From contig PAVS01000017.1 of the NCBI GenBank assembly GCA_002713145.1, forward strand, positions 3,824 through 67,823: a stretch of 64,000 nucleotides of DNA. The letters run 5' to 3'. A model generated the notes under the pieces. It did not search any database, had not been told where the DNA came from, and saw only the letters and a program-made list of their open reading frames with translations. The position numbers and the translations under genes are program-made. This DNA comes from Halobacteriovoraceae bacterium. GTDB taxonomy: Bacteria; Bdellovibrionota; Bacteriovoracia; Bacteriovoracales; Bacteriovoracaceae. The number at the start of each line of letters is the position of its first letter. Positions within the stretch are counted from its first letter, which is position 1. Of this stretch, positions 52,990 through 61,511 are shown piece by piece.

Positions 52990-53775
52990 TTAAAGTGTTA
53001 ACTTATTTCTTTTCTTAAGCTCTTCAATAATCATATCAAAATGTGAAGGAGGATAAGCACCTTTGACAGGAATACCATTTAATAAAAATCCTGGTGTCCC
53101 TCTAAAGCCAAACTTCTCAGCTTCTTTAAGATCAGCTTCAATTCTCGCTTTAACTTTTGGAGAATCCAAATCTTTTTGAAGCTTACTCATATTCGCCCCA
53201 ATCTTCTTAGCCACACTTTTAAAAAACTTCTCTCCAAGTTTAATTTTATCGAAGTCCTCAAAAAGAGCATCATGAAATTTAGAAGCAAGTTCATTCGATT
53301 GTAATCTGAGGGCTTCATAATATTGGGCTGCCGGCATAGCATTAGGGTGAAAACTTAAAGGAAGATGCTTGTAAACAAAACGGATCTTTCCATCATATTT
53401 TTCTAAGAGCGCTTGAACTGTTTGGTAACCTCTTTTACAAAAGGGACACTCAAAATCTGAATACTCAACAAGAGTAAGAGGAGCATCTTTAGGCCCGCGA
53501 ATATTTTCTTCTTCTCTTATTTCTGGAACAAGAGGCTTCTTGAAACTTTCCTCAAACTTAGCTTTCTCCTCATCTTCTCTCTTTTTTCTATCCCCTTCCT
53601 GAGCAGATTTAACCGCATTGTTAAGTGCTTCAATAAACTCAGTTGGGTTTTCTTTAATAACATCAGTCACTAACTCTGGGTTTTCCTTGAGCATTTTACC
53701 AAGCTGTTTTTTATCAGGTGCACACGCAACAAGCATGACCATTGAGAGGGTAAGTAATAACATTTTTCCTAACAT
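52990..53775 (-). CDS. DsbA-family thiol:disulfide oxidoreductase lipoprotein
   Basis: Lipobox LSMVMLVACA. It has the thioredoxin-fold active site FECPFCKR and the GTPGFLLNG cis-Pro loop region. Confidence 0.8.
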   Translation of the reverse strand: MLGKMLLLTLSMVMLVACAPDKKQLGKMLKENPELVTDVIKENPTEFIEALNNAVKSAQEGDRKKREDEEKAKFEESFKKPLVPEIREEENIRGPKDAPLTLVEYSDFECPFCKRGYQTVQALLEKYDGKIRFVYKHLPLSFHPNAMPAAQYYEALRLQSNELASKFHDALFEDFDKIKLGEKFFKSVAKKIGANMSKLQKDLDSPKVKARIEADLKEAEKFGFRGTPGFLLNGIPVKGAYPPSHFDMIIEELKKRNKLTL

Positions 53776-53813
53776 AATTTTTCCTTTTTCATTTTTGTTT
53801 GTAGTATTTTACT

Positions 53814-54749
53814 TTATTTTCGATTTTTTTCACATACTCTTTCAGTGTAATCTAAATATTTATTAAGAGCACGACTATGAGGTCTAATCTGTGCATAGCC
53901 TATTAAGTGTACCCTAGCATTATAGTTTCCCTTCATAAAAGCTCGCATGGTAGCAAAGAAACCAAAGACAGCTCCAGCAACTTTACCGTAGAGATGAAAC
54001 GCCAATAAGATATAACCGAGTGTGAGACTCAACATCGCAAAATAGTTTATAGAGTTTAAGAGTTCTTTTTGGTTATTTAGAAAATAAGCTAAATTGGGTC
54101 CGGGAGTATCTAATGTTTTCAAAGCCAAATCGACAATTCGGTCGTGGATCTCTGTGGTCATAAAGGCAACAAAACTCACTCCAATTAACGCGACTATACC
54201 TGTAAAAAGAAGAAAGTGTGCAAAGAAAACTTTTTCAAATCTAGGACCTCTTATGCCTGTAAAATTTTTGGGGATCACTGTGGTTGAAAGTTCTTTATGA
54301 TCATGACAATGATCAAGGTAGCGAAAAAAGAATTCACTAAAACGTGTTAATAATTTGTAATCTGAAAATAAATCGGGATTATATTCAGCATTTTCTCCCT
54401 CAGTTCTTTTTTGGCAATAGTCCCCGATAATTTCAAAAGGTCGAATGAGAATTTTTCCGACATAGACACCACTAAAAAAGAGGACAATCACGAAAGCGAA
54501 AAGATATGGGAGTTGTTGGTAGAAAATTGAAAGCGCATTATCGAAAAAGGCTTCTTTGAACTCTGGAGTAGAGAAAAAACCATAAGACTCGAAATAGACA
54601 TTATTAATCGAAATAACCACCCAAGTGACGTAGTAAACGAAAATACAGCAAACGATAAAGATTAAAGCAAACTTCAATCCACAGGAGAGAAGAAACTTAG
54701 AGTCTTCTTCTTGAAATACATTTTTGAGCCGTAAACCTTTAAAATTCAT
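53814..54749 (-). CDS. Four-TM hypothetical membrane protein with two HAMP-like juxtamembrane segments
   Basis: There are two pairs of TM helices, each followed by an amphipathic segment (GKILIRPFEIIGDYCQK and GKVAGAVFGFFATMRAFMKGNYNARVHL). The start was chosen at ATG 54749; the ORF opens at TTG 54785. No good RBS precedes either. Confidence 0.45.
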   Translation of the reverse strand: MNFKGLRLKNVFQEEDSKFLLSCGLKFALIFIVCCIFVYYVTWVVISINNVYFESYGFFSTPEFKEAFFDNALSIFYQQLPYLFAFVIVLFFSGVYVGKILIRPFEIIGDYCQKRTEGENAEYNPDLFSDYKLLTRFSEFFFRYLDHCHDHKELSTTVIPKNFTGIRGPRFEKVFFAHFLLFTGIVALIGVSFVAFMTTEIHDRIVDLALKTLDTPGPNLAYFLNNQKELLNSINYFAMLSLTLGYILLAFHLYGKVAGAVFGFFATMRAFMKGNYNARVHLIGYAQIRPHSRALNKYLDYTERVCEKNRK

Positions 54750-54936
54750 ATATTTATATTGTCTTATAAAGCCCACAAATCTCAAGAGAGGGTAAGGATT
54801 GCCAAAAATTTTGACCAGCTTTGAACTATGGCATTTTTACACACCCAGGAGTTTAGACTTGAGATCCTGACCCGGTGTGTTATTTTTATCTCACAAGGAC
54901 ATGAAAATGTCTAAGTACTCTCTCCCTCTCTCAATT

Positions 54937-54970
54937 GCGCAAGAACTAACTCCTCTTGCGCTTTTTTTTT
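54937..54970 (+). terminator. Strong plus-strand intrinsic terminator with no plus-strand gene upstream
   Basis: GCGCAAGA (54937-44), a 9-nt loop, TCTTGCGC (54954-61), then T9 (54962-70). On the minus strand the hairpin is followed by AATTGAGAG, which is not U-rich. Confidence 0.65.
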
Positions 54971-54977
54971 CTCATTT

Positions 54978-55754
54978 TTAAAATAACGGTAGGTCTTTTT
55001 TAGGATGGCTATCAAAGAATTTAATAATCCCTTTGGTCATACTTTTTGCGTAAGCATCGAGATAGCGATCAGAATTAATCACTTTCATCTCATCGTCATT
55101 TGTCATAAAGCCACCTTCAATGAGAATGCCCGGTCTTTTCGAAAGGGCCAGCACATAAAATAAGCTCGGCTTTACTTCACGATTACGCATTTTAAATTTC
55201 TTTCCAATATCTTTTTCTAAATAGCTATGCACATGATTGGCCAGCTTCTTAGAAGACACGACTGTTTTATCAATGACTAAATCAATAAGGATTTGATTGA
55301 TAATTTTATCCTCACCTTTGAGATCTTTATTTTCAATATCCTCCATCTTTTTAACAGCTTTATCATTATGATTTCCTAAAAAATAGGTCTCGAAACCTCT
55401 GGACTTTTTGTCGTGAGCAGCATTGAAATGAATACTGATAAAAATATCCGCTTTAACTGTTTCGGCCATATCCGCCCGCTCTTGCAGGGAAACCTTTCTA
55501 TCTATACTTCGAGTTAAGTAAACTGTGTAATAAGGATCTAAGTTTTTTTTCAACTTTCTGGCCAGTCTTAGGGAGAGATTTTTTTCGAAGATTTTGTGAT
55601 GATAAGTTTTGCCCTTGGAGTTTTTCATTTTGACAGTGGCCACAGCCCCAAGCTCTTCTCCTCCATGACCAGGATCAATTAAAATGACAAAGCTATAAGC
55701 TTCAAAAGATACAACAATAAATACTATCAGAGTCAGCCATTTCATGAATATCAA
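54978..55754 (-). CDS. N-acetylmuramoyl-L-alanine amidase (Amidase_3 family)
   Basis: Signal peptide, then ILIDPGHGGEELGA, FISIHFNA and LIEGGFMTN blocks typical of AmiA/B/C-type amidases. Confidence 0.85.
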   Translation of the reverse strand: MIFMKWLTLIVFIVVSFEAYSFVILIDPGHGGEELGAVATVKMKNSKGKTYHHKIFEKNLSLRLARKLKKNLDPYYTVYLTRSIDRKVSLQERADMAETVKADIFISIHFNAAHDKKSRGFETYFLGNHNDKAVKKMEDIENKDLKGEDKIINQILIDLVIDKTVVSSKKLANHVHSYLEKDIGKKFKMRNREVKPSLFYVLALSKRPGILIEGGFMTNDDEMKVINSDRYLDAYAKSMTKGIIKFFDSHPKKDLPLF

Positions 55755-56884
55755 TATACTTTTTTAATTTTTAATTGGGGAAAATAATGAGCGAGTATTT
55801 GTTTATAAGAATAACCTTGCAGAGCTAATTCCTTAGCCCCAAATTGGCACATTCCTACCCCATGTCCGTAACCAGATCCAATCACAGTATAAGAGTCTTT
55901 AGACTTGGCCATGATGAAATAATTAGAGGGTAGGTATTTTCTCCCCAGCAAGGATCTCAGCTTAGATTTCTTGATCACGGTCAGGTTGTCATTCACATAC
56001 ATTTTTACTTGAGAAGATTTTAAATGATCATCAAGCACTCTTATGTCAGTGCGATTGGCATTTACTCCCGCGAGTTTACCTAAAGTGGAAATCAATTTTC
56101 TTTTAGGGAGTTTAATCGTCCAATTCTTTTTTCCATGTTCATGACAAAAAGGACAATTGACCGTTTGATAACCTTCCACTGAATTAGACCACACTTGTTC
56201 TGGAAGCCTTGTTTTCCCCCCACATTTGGAATGAAAAAAGACGGGGACAAGCTGACCTGACGAATTGGCCAGAACTTCACCGGCAGTCGAGTTCGCTGCA
56301 GTATTAGTTTCTGTCGTCGCATCAAAAAATGTTCCATTCACTTGGTGATATTCAGAATTTTCTAAATCATAATTGGTATTAAAACCTTTATTTTTGGAAA
56401 CTTGATTGGATTTTATTTTATAAAGAGCATAAGAGCGGGCGGCAACAGCTTGGGCCTTAAGAGCTTCTATCGGCCAGCTAGACTCCATCTCTTTAGCGAG
56501 TAAGGTAGAGAGATAATCATCAAGAGCGGTTTCATTAATCACATCGCAACCATTATAATTCTCAGAAGTTTGAATATGGATAAGGCCTTTAAATTTATCT
56601 TTCCCAAAATTGAGAGTCTGGGCAGGAGAATTAAAACTCGCGATCTTGATCGGTCTTTGATTCCTTAAATTTTTATTTGATTTACAGTTAAAGCGAATTT
56701 TCTTATGTCCAGGATAAGAAATTGCTTTTTGAGTGATATGAATTTTTTTTTCTAAATCAACTCCACTGATTTCCACCACAGAGTTTTTATCCGAAATTCT
56801 AACTTTAATAGTGGGAGATTTTGCTTGGGCCAATGCGAGAGTTGAAATTTGCCATCCTAGAATTATGATAAAAATCTTATTCAT
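55751..56884 (-). CDS. SpoIID/LytB-domain protein (lytic transglycosylase-type amidase enhancer family)
   Basis: EALKAQAVAARSYAL, FFHSKCGGKT and GYGHGVGMCQFGA are the conserved SpoIID blocks. It overlaps the amidase gene by 4 nt. Confidence 0.85.
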   Translation of the reverse strand: MNKIFIIILGWQISTLALAQAKSPTIKVRISDKNSVVEISGVDLEKKIHITQKAISYPGHKKIRFNCKSNKNLRNQRPIKIASFNSPAQTLNFGKDKFKGLIHIQTSENYNGCDVINETALDDYLSTLLAKEMESSWPIEALKAQAVAARSYALYKIKSNQVSKNKGFNTNYDLENSEYHQVNGTFFDATTETNTAANSTAGEVLANSSGQLVPVFFHSKCGGKTRLPEQVWSNSVEGYQTVNCPFCHEHGKKNWTIKLPKRKLISTLGKLAGVNANRTDIRVLDDHLKSSQVKMYVNDNLTVIKKSKLRSLLGRKYLPSNYFIMAKSKDSYTVIGSGYGHGVGMCQFGAKELALQGYSYKQILAHYFPQLKIKKVY

Positions 56885-56965
56885 TAGCTTCCTGCTATAT
56901 ACGCAATATTATTCTTTTAAGTTAAATTTTAATGCTAAAGGTTAATTATGACAAATTTAACTCGC

Positions 56966-57814
56966 TTAGAATTTTTGCATCAATTTTTGCATATCTTCCC
57001 AAGCTGTTTTCTTCATATTGGGAGCAATGTTAAGCAGCTTAGGAGAAAACAAGGGCATCAATGCAGCCGTATATAGTATAGCATCCTGTTGGGTAAAATT
57101 AAGCTGGAAAAGTTGACCGTGGTGGTTTCTTAACTTCTTATCATTTCCTATAAAAAATGAGGTGGATTGAGCTCCCAGGGTGACGATGAAATCCGGTTGA
57201 AAAACACTTAACTCTCCAAAAAGCAGTGATTCATAACTTGTTTCATTTTCTTCATCACTTAAAGCAGACATGAGCACTTGGTTCTCCCCCAGCCCCATGG
57301 CCTGGACCATTTTGGCAAAAAGTTGGCTGACTTGATGATCAAAGCATAGGTGATATTGAGTTTGCTCTTCACTTTCCATTTGAGAGTTATCAAGATAGCT
57401 ATCTGAGACGAAGATGACTTTTATATTTTCAGGCTCTTTATCTTTATAATGGAGGTGGGTGAAGCTTTCACCGAGAAGACTTTGAGCACGCTCCCTCAGT
57501 TGCTCTTGATTCATTTTTTCAAGCTCAAAACTCAAATCAAGAGACTTTTGCTTGACCTCTCCTCCTTGAAAGCTAATTTTATCTTGTTCAACCAGCTTTT
57601 CCTGAGCATACCCAGCAAAAGACTCAAGTACTTCTTTCTTCTCAGTCACAGGTTTCTCATCAGTGCTCTTAAGAATGACTTCATCTTTGGGTGCAGAATT
57701 TTCTCCCTGAACTATTGACGGCTCAAGGTATGACCAAGAGGTCTTAAAAGGCGCATACATCGGTCTTTCAGAGCTTTTGAGGTTTTGCAAGGCATCAATA
57801 TACAGTTTTTTCAT
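56966..57814 (-). CDS. Protein with a C-terminal uracil-DNA-glycosylase-superfamily-like domain (family-4-like, catalytic motifs not conserved)
   Basis: The C-terminal half aligns by eye to family-4 UDG: VIFVSDSYL vs F(V/I)GEAPG, FAKMVQAMGL, PDFIVTLGAQS, and LFSPKLLNIAPNMKKTAWEDM vs HPSxLLRxPxxKxxAWxDL. The N-terminal ~130 aa is unassigned. Confidence 0.4.
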   Translation of the reverse strand: MKKLYIDALQNLKSSERPMYAPFKTSWSYLEPSIVQGENSAPKDEVILKSTDEKPVTEKKEVLESFAGYAQEKLVEQDKISFQGGEVKQKSLDLSFELEKMNQEQLRERAQSLLGESFTHLHYKDKEPENIKVIFVSDSYLDNSQMESEEQTQYHLCFDHQVSQLFAKMVQAMGLGENQVLMSALSDEENETSYESLLFGELSVFQPDFIVTLGAQSTSFFIGNDKKLRNHHGQLFQLNFTQQDAILYTAALMPLFSPKLLNIAPNMKKTAWEDMQKLMQKF

Positions 57815-57933
57815 GCTCTTGATTTAACACATTTTGAAAGTAATTTCCTAGTTTTTATTTCAAGCTCTCTTTTTTTAAGAGATTTCCCGAGTTCCCGAAA
57901 AGTTAAGTAGTTCTCATCTTGGGAGGAAGTAAT

Positions 57934-58146
57934 ATGGCTAAAGATGTTGATTTTAGATTTGAGCGGTTTGAGGAATATTGGGGAACAGCTGAGGATGTAA
58001 AGAAAACCATAGGTGAATGCAAAATCTGTGGATCTAAACTCCTTTTAAGTCACCTGCCTGACTACAAGAACCTATTGGTTCAAGAAACTGCACGTTGTAT
58101 CGATTGTGGAGACGGTACACGAAAACTTATCCACGTATTAAATTAA
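57934..58146 (+). CDS. Small zinc-ribbon hypothetical protein
   Basis: The ATG at 57934 is preceded by GGGAGGAAG. The 70-aa product has CKICG...CIDCG (a CxxC pair). Confidence 0.5.
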   Translation: MAKDVDFRFERFEEYWGTAEDVKKTIGECKICGSKLLLSHLPDYKNLLVQETARCIDCGDGTRKLIHVLN

Positions 58147-60074
58147 TCTTCTCTATCGGCATGCAAGAACTCAAACACGGCTCTTGCATGCTTTGGGGAC
58201 AATCCTAGAAAATTCGCTAGATCATTTTGATTCATATCACTAAGCTCATCAAGGCTTAAGGTATTGTTACGAAGAATATCTTTTTTAATGGGCGCTGGTA
58301 GACCTTTAATTTCATCCACCCATGAAGTGATAACTCTTTTTTTCTCTGCCTTATGGTGGAGTCTTCTGGAAAATCTGTGAGCTTCATCTCGCATGTGAAC
58401 GACAATTTTCATAAGGCTGGGACATTTATTGAGAATATAAGGATTGGAGCGCCCGGGAATAATGAGTCTTTCATCTGAGTTTTTAATTTCTGATCTCTGA
58501 AAACCTGCCCCACTTATATCTTTTGCTTTAGCGATACCAACCACCGGTACAAAAATGTCTAATTCATCTAAAACTGCTTTGGCACTACTGACTTGTCCCT
58601 TACCACCATCCACAATAAAGACATCAGGAAGATCCCCTCGTTTAAGTCGGCGAGAAAAAACTTCTTTCATCATGGCAAAATCGTTATTACCTTCCGGGAG
58701 CTCTTCTAAATGATAATGACGATAGTTTTGCTTATCCGGCTTCCCTTCATAAAATGTAATACGTGCGGCAGTGGGAGATTTTCCCTGCCAAATCGCGATA
58801 TCATAACACTCTAATGTGCGAGGCCTGTCTTTGAGTTTAAGCAGTTCTTTTAAGCGATTAAGTCCGATGTAAACACTGTCCGCATTTTCTGCGCGCACAC
58901 GGCCACTTTCTTTTGCGTGCTCGAGTGCCGCTTTAACTAGAGGTTGATATTTTTTAGTCTCCCCTTGCACTTTAAATTTCAAATGAGGATAAATCTCTTC
59001 TAAGGCCCCTTGAAAATGAGCGGCTTCTGTTTTTTCTAAGTGAGTTACAATTTTATCCGGCATCACATCTTCTGCATCTGAATAGTATTGAATGAGAGCT
59101 CCCACAATACCTTCGACTTGATCATCTAAAAAATCATCTTTTAAAAAGTGAAAGTTTTTCTGACCGAGGAGATTTCCCGCTCGGATGAGATAAAGGCTGA
59201 TATCTATTTCTTCTTTTCCTATATAAAAAGCAATCACATCAGTATTTTTATCACCAAGATTTTCAACAGACTGGTCAAAAGATTTATTCCCAAATGCTTC
59301 TAGCTCCCCGATAAAATCTCTGAGATTAGCTGCTTGTTCAAAAAGCTCATGTTCAGCAAAACGATGCATTCTCTCTCTGAGGATCTCCATTGTTTTTTCA
59401 AATTTTTTACGGGAACCAAATATGTTTAAGGCGTTCTCTAAATCCTCTTTATATTTTTTCTTGGAGATAAGTCCCACACAAGGTCCACTACATTGCTTCA
59501 TTTGATATAAAATACAGGGAGTTTCTCTGTTCCTGAACTCATGAAGAGAGCAATCTCTTAAACTAAAAGACTTGGTGATAATGCGCATAATGCTAGAGAT
59601 ATTTGATCCTACCGGAAAGGGTCCAAATAATTCCACACCTGCTTTCCTTTTCGGCCTTCTCACATATTCGAGTTTAGGGAAATCTTGATTATAATCGACT
59701 TTTACGTAGGGATAGGATTTATCATCTTTGAGTCTAATATTGTATTTAGGCCGGTGCTCCTTAATCAGATTATTTTCCAACACATAAGATTCGGCTTCGG
59801 AATTGGTCAAAAGAAAATCAAATTGGTGGATATGACCCACTAAGATGAGTGTCTTAGGGGCTTTGGATGATTTATCAAAATAGCTTTTCACTCTCTTTTT
59901 GAGGTTTTTGGCCTTACCCACATAGAGAATAGCACCTAGTTTATCTTTCATCAGATAGCAGCCGGCACTATTGGGTAAAGTGTTTGCCTTGCGCAAGAGT
60001 TCATCCTTGCGTTTTCGGAGCTTTACGTCTTGAGCTTCATTAGATACAATAGGTTTGTTTTTTTTATCGGCCAT
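58143..60074 (-). CDS. uvrC: Excinuclease ABC subunit C (UvrC)
   Basis: It has the GIY-YIG N-terminus (GCYLMKDKLGAILYVGKAKNLKKRV), a Cys-containing linker, the UvrC middle and endonuclease domains, and a C-terminal helix-hairpin-helix region. 643 aa. Confidence 0.95.
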   Translation of the reverse strand: MADKKNKPIVSNEAQDVKLRKRKDELLRKANTLPNSAGCYLMKDKLGAILYVGKAKNLKKRVKSYFDKSSKAPKTLILVGHIHQFDFLLTNSEAESYVLENNLIKEHRPKYNIRLKDDKSYPYVKVDYNQDFPKLEYVRRPKRKAGVELFGPFPVGSNISSIMRIITKSFSLRDCSLHEFRNRETPCILYQMKQCSGPCVGLISKKKYKEDLENALNIFGSRKKFEKTMEILRERMHRFAEHELFEQAANLRDFIGELEAFGNKSFDQSVENLGDKNTDVIAFYIGKEEIDISLYLIRAGNLLGQKNFHFLKDDFLDDQVEGIVGALIQYYSDAEDVMPDKIVTHLEKTEAAHFQGALEEIYPHLKFKVQGETKKYQPLVKAALEHAKESGRVRAENADSVYIGLNRLKELLKLKDRPRTLECYDIAIWQGKSPTAARITFYEGKPDKQNYRHYHLEELPEGNNDFAMMKEVFSRRLKRGDLPDVFIVDGGKGQVSSAKAVLDELDIFVPVVGIAKAKDISGAGFQRSEIKNSDERLIIPGRSNPYILNKCPSLMKIVVHMRDEAHRFSRRLHHKAEKKRVITSWVDEIKGLPAPIKKDILRNNTLSLDELSDMNQNDLANFLGLSPKHARAVFEFLHADRED

Positions 60075-60108
60075 ATACTTAGATTATAAAATCTCAAAAA
60101 GGAATACC

Positions 60109-60522
60109 ATGTCAACATTCACTGCTGGGAAGGAAGTTCTCTCATATTGTGGAAAGTGTAAACTTGCACTTGGACATACTATCGTGGTTATGAAAGACCC
60201 GCAAACAATTGGAAAAGTTAAATGTAACACTTGCGGGGCAGTACATATGTACAAAGATCCCGCGACTAAAACGAAGAAAGTTAAATCCAAAACCACTTCT
60301 ACTCGCAAGAGCAAAAAGTCCGTTTCAGTGGGACAACTCTGGATGGAAGAGATGGGTAAAGCCAGTGGTAAAGCAGAGCCTTATTCTATTCGCAGTAAAT
60401 TTGTTGTAGGTGATATTATTGATCATAAAAAATTTGGTCCGGGAATTGTTCAGGCCCTTATTGAAGATAAGATCGAAGTCCTCTTTCAACATGAACTTAA
60501 ACTTCTTGTTCACGGAAAATAA
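60109..60522 (+). CDS. Zinc-ribbon protein with a basic linker and a small C-terminal beta domain (DUF3553-like?)
   Basis: Start chosen at ATG 60109 (MSTFTAGKEV). It has CGKC...CNTCG, a Lys/Thr/Ser-rich linker, and a C-terminal FVVGDIIDHKKFGPGIVQAL...IEVLF. Confidence 0.45.
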   Translation: MSTFTAGKEVLSYCGKCKLALGHTIVVMKDPQTIGKVKCNTCGAVHMYKDPATKTKKVKSKTTSTRKSKKSVSVGQLWMEEMGKASGKAEPYSIRSKFVVGDIIDHKKFGPGIVQALIEDKIEVLFQHELKLLVHGK

Positions 60523-60527
60523 TCCAT

Positions 60528-60557
60528 AAAAAAAGGGAGCCTTCGCTCCCTTATATT
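60528..60557. terminator. Bidirectional intrinsic terminator between convergent genes
   Basis: A7, then GGGAGC-CTTC-GCTCCC, then TTATATTCTC. On the minus strand the hairpin is followed by T7, which serves the glycine-rich gene. On the plus strand it is followed by a moderately U-rich tract. Confidence 0.7.
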
Positions 60558-60578
60558 CTCGTTTCATTATAGATTTTT

Positions 60579-61511
60579 TTAAAATCCACCGCCGAAGCCA
60601 AAACCTAGATTAACTCCCAGGTTAAAGGGTGAATATCCAGCATTGTATCCACCGCCGCCGAAACCGCCGTAGCCACCGTAACCGCCGCCGCCACCAGCGT
60701 AGCCTGCGTAATTCATCTGAGCTTGCCCCACTTGATTAGCGAGAGCCGCTTGTTGGTAATAGCTTCCAGCTTGTAGTGAAGCCTGGTTAGACATATGTGA
60801 GTTTTGAACCGCCCAAAAACCATTTTGACCATTCACACTATTATTCCAATATGACCCACCTTGTGGGAAACCTGCTTGACCATTCCAGCCACCAAAGCCA
60901 CCGTTTCCACCATAGTATCCACCGTAGCCGCCATTATAAGGGTAACCACCAAAGCCACCTTTACCGCCACCAAGACCAAAGCCTATATTAAGACCTCCGC
61001 CGTAGCCAGGCATGCCAAAGCCTCCACCTCCGAAGCCTCCATAACCAGCCCCTGGACAAGGAGCTTGAATACACATCACCCCTCCATTTCCGAAGCCGCC
61101 GTTACCAAAGCCACCGAAACCGCCATATCCTGGTGCAGGCATGCTAGTACCGAAACCACCATACCCTGGCATTCCAAATCCTCCAGCTCCAGGCATTCCA
61201 CCTCCAAAGCCAGTATTAAGTCCAACTCCAACTCCGAAACCACCACCTGGCATTCCAAAGCCACCGCCTCCCATTCCAGGGAAGCCACCCATTCCAAATC
61301 CTCCACCATAAGGTCCTGCTAATCCTCCATAAGGATTTCCAAAACCTGCCGAGGCATTAAAGTATGGATTATATCCTAGACCTGGCCCGTACATGCCCCC
61401 TAAGAAACCTCCGGTGTATCCACCTGAAGTCCATGGGTTTCCGAAACCGCCATATCCGTTTCCAAAATAACCATTCCCAAATCCAGCATAGCCACCAAGA
61501 CCATAACCATT
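60579..61511 (-). repeat. Glycine-codon-rich low-complexity coding repeat region
   Basis: Degenerate reiteration of GGN-TTY/TAY-GGN units produces spurious ORFs in other frames on both strands (60797, 60861, 61076, 61400). Confidence 0.8.

Noticed and set aside
54901-54981. 26-codon plus-strand ORF (MKMSKYSLPLSIAQELTPLALFFSHF) in the amidase / 4-TM gene gap
   Set aside because: The AGGA is only ~1 nt from the ATG and the ORF runs through the terminator hairpin and T-tract. It is more likely non-coding, and it is retained only as part of the sRNA-candidate finding.
60064-60071. Exact GCCGATAA (sigma-28 -10 consensus) on the minus strand
   Set aside because: It is the uvrC start itself (ATG GCC GAT AAA, encoding MADK). 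There is no TAAA at the right distance and no downstream target gene, so it is a coincidence.
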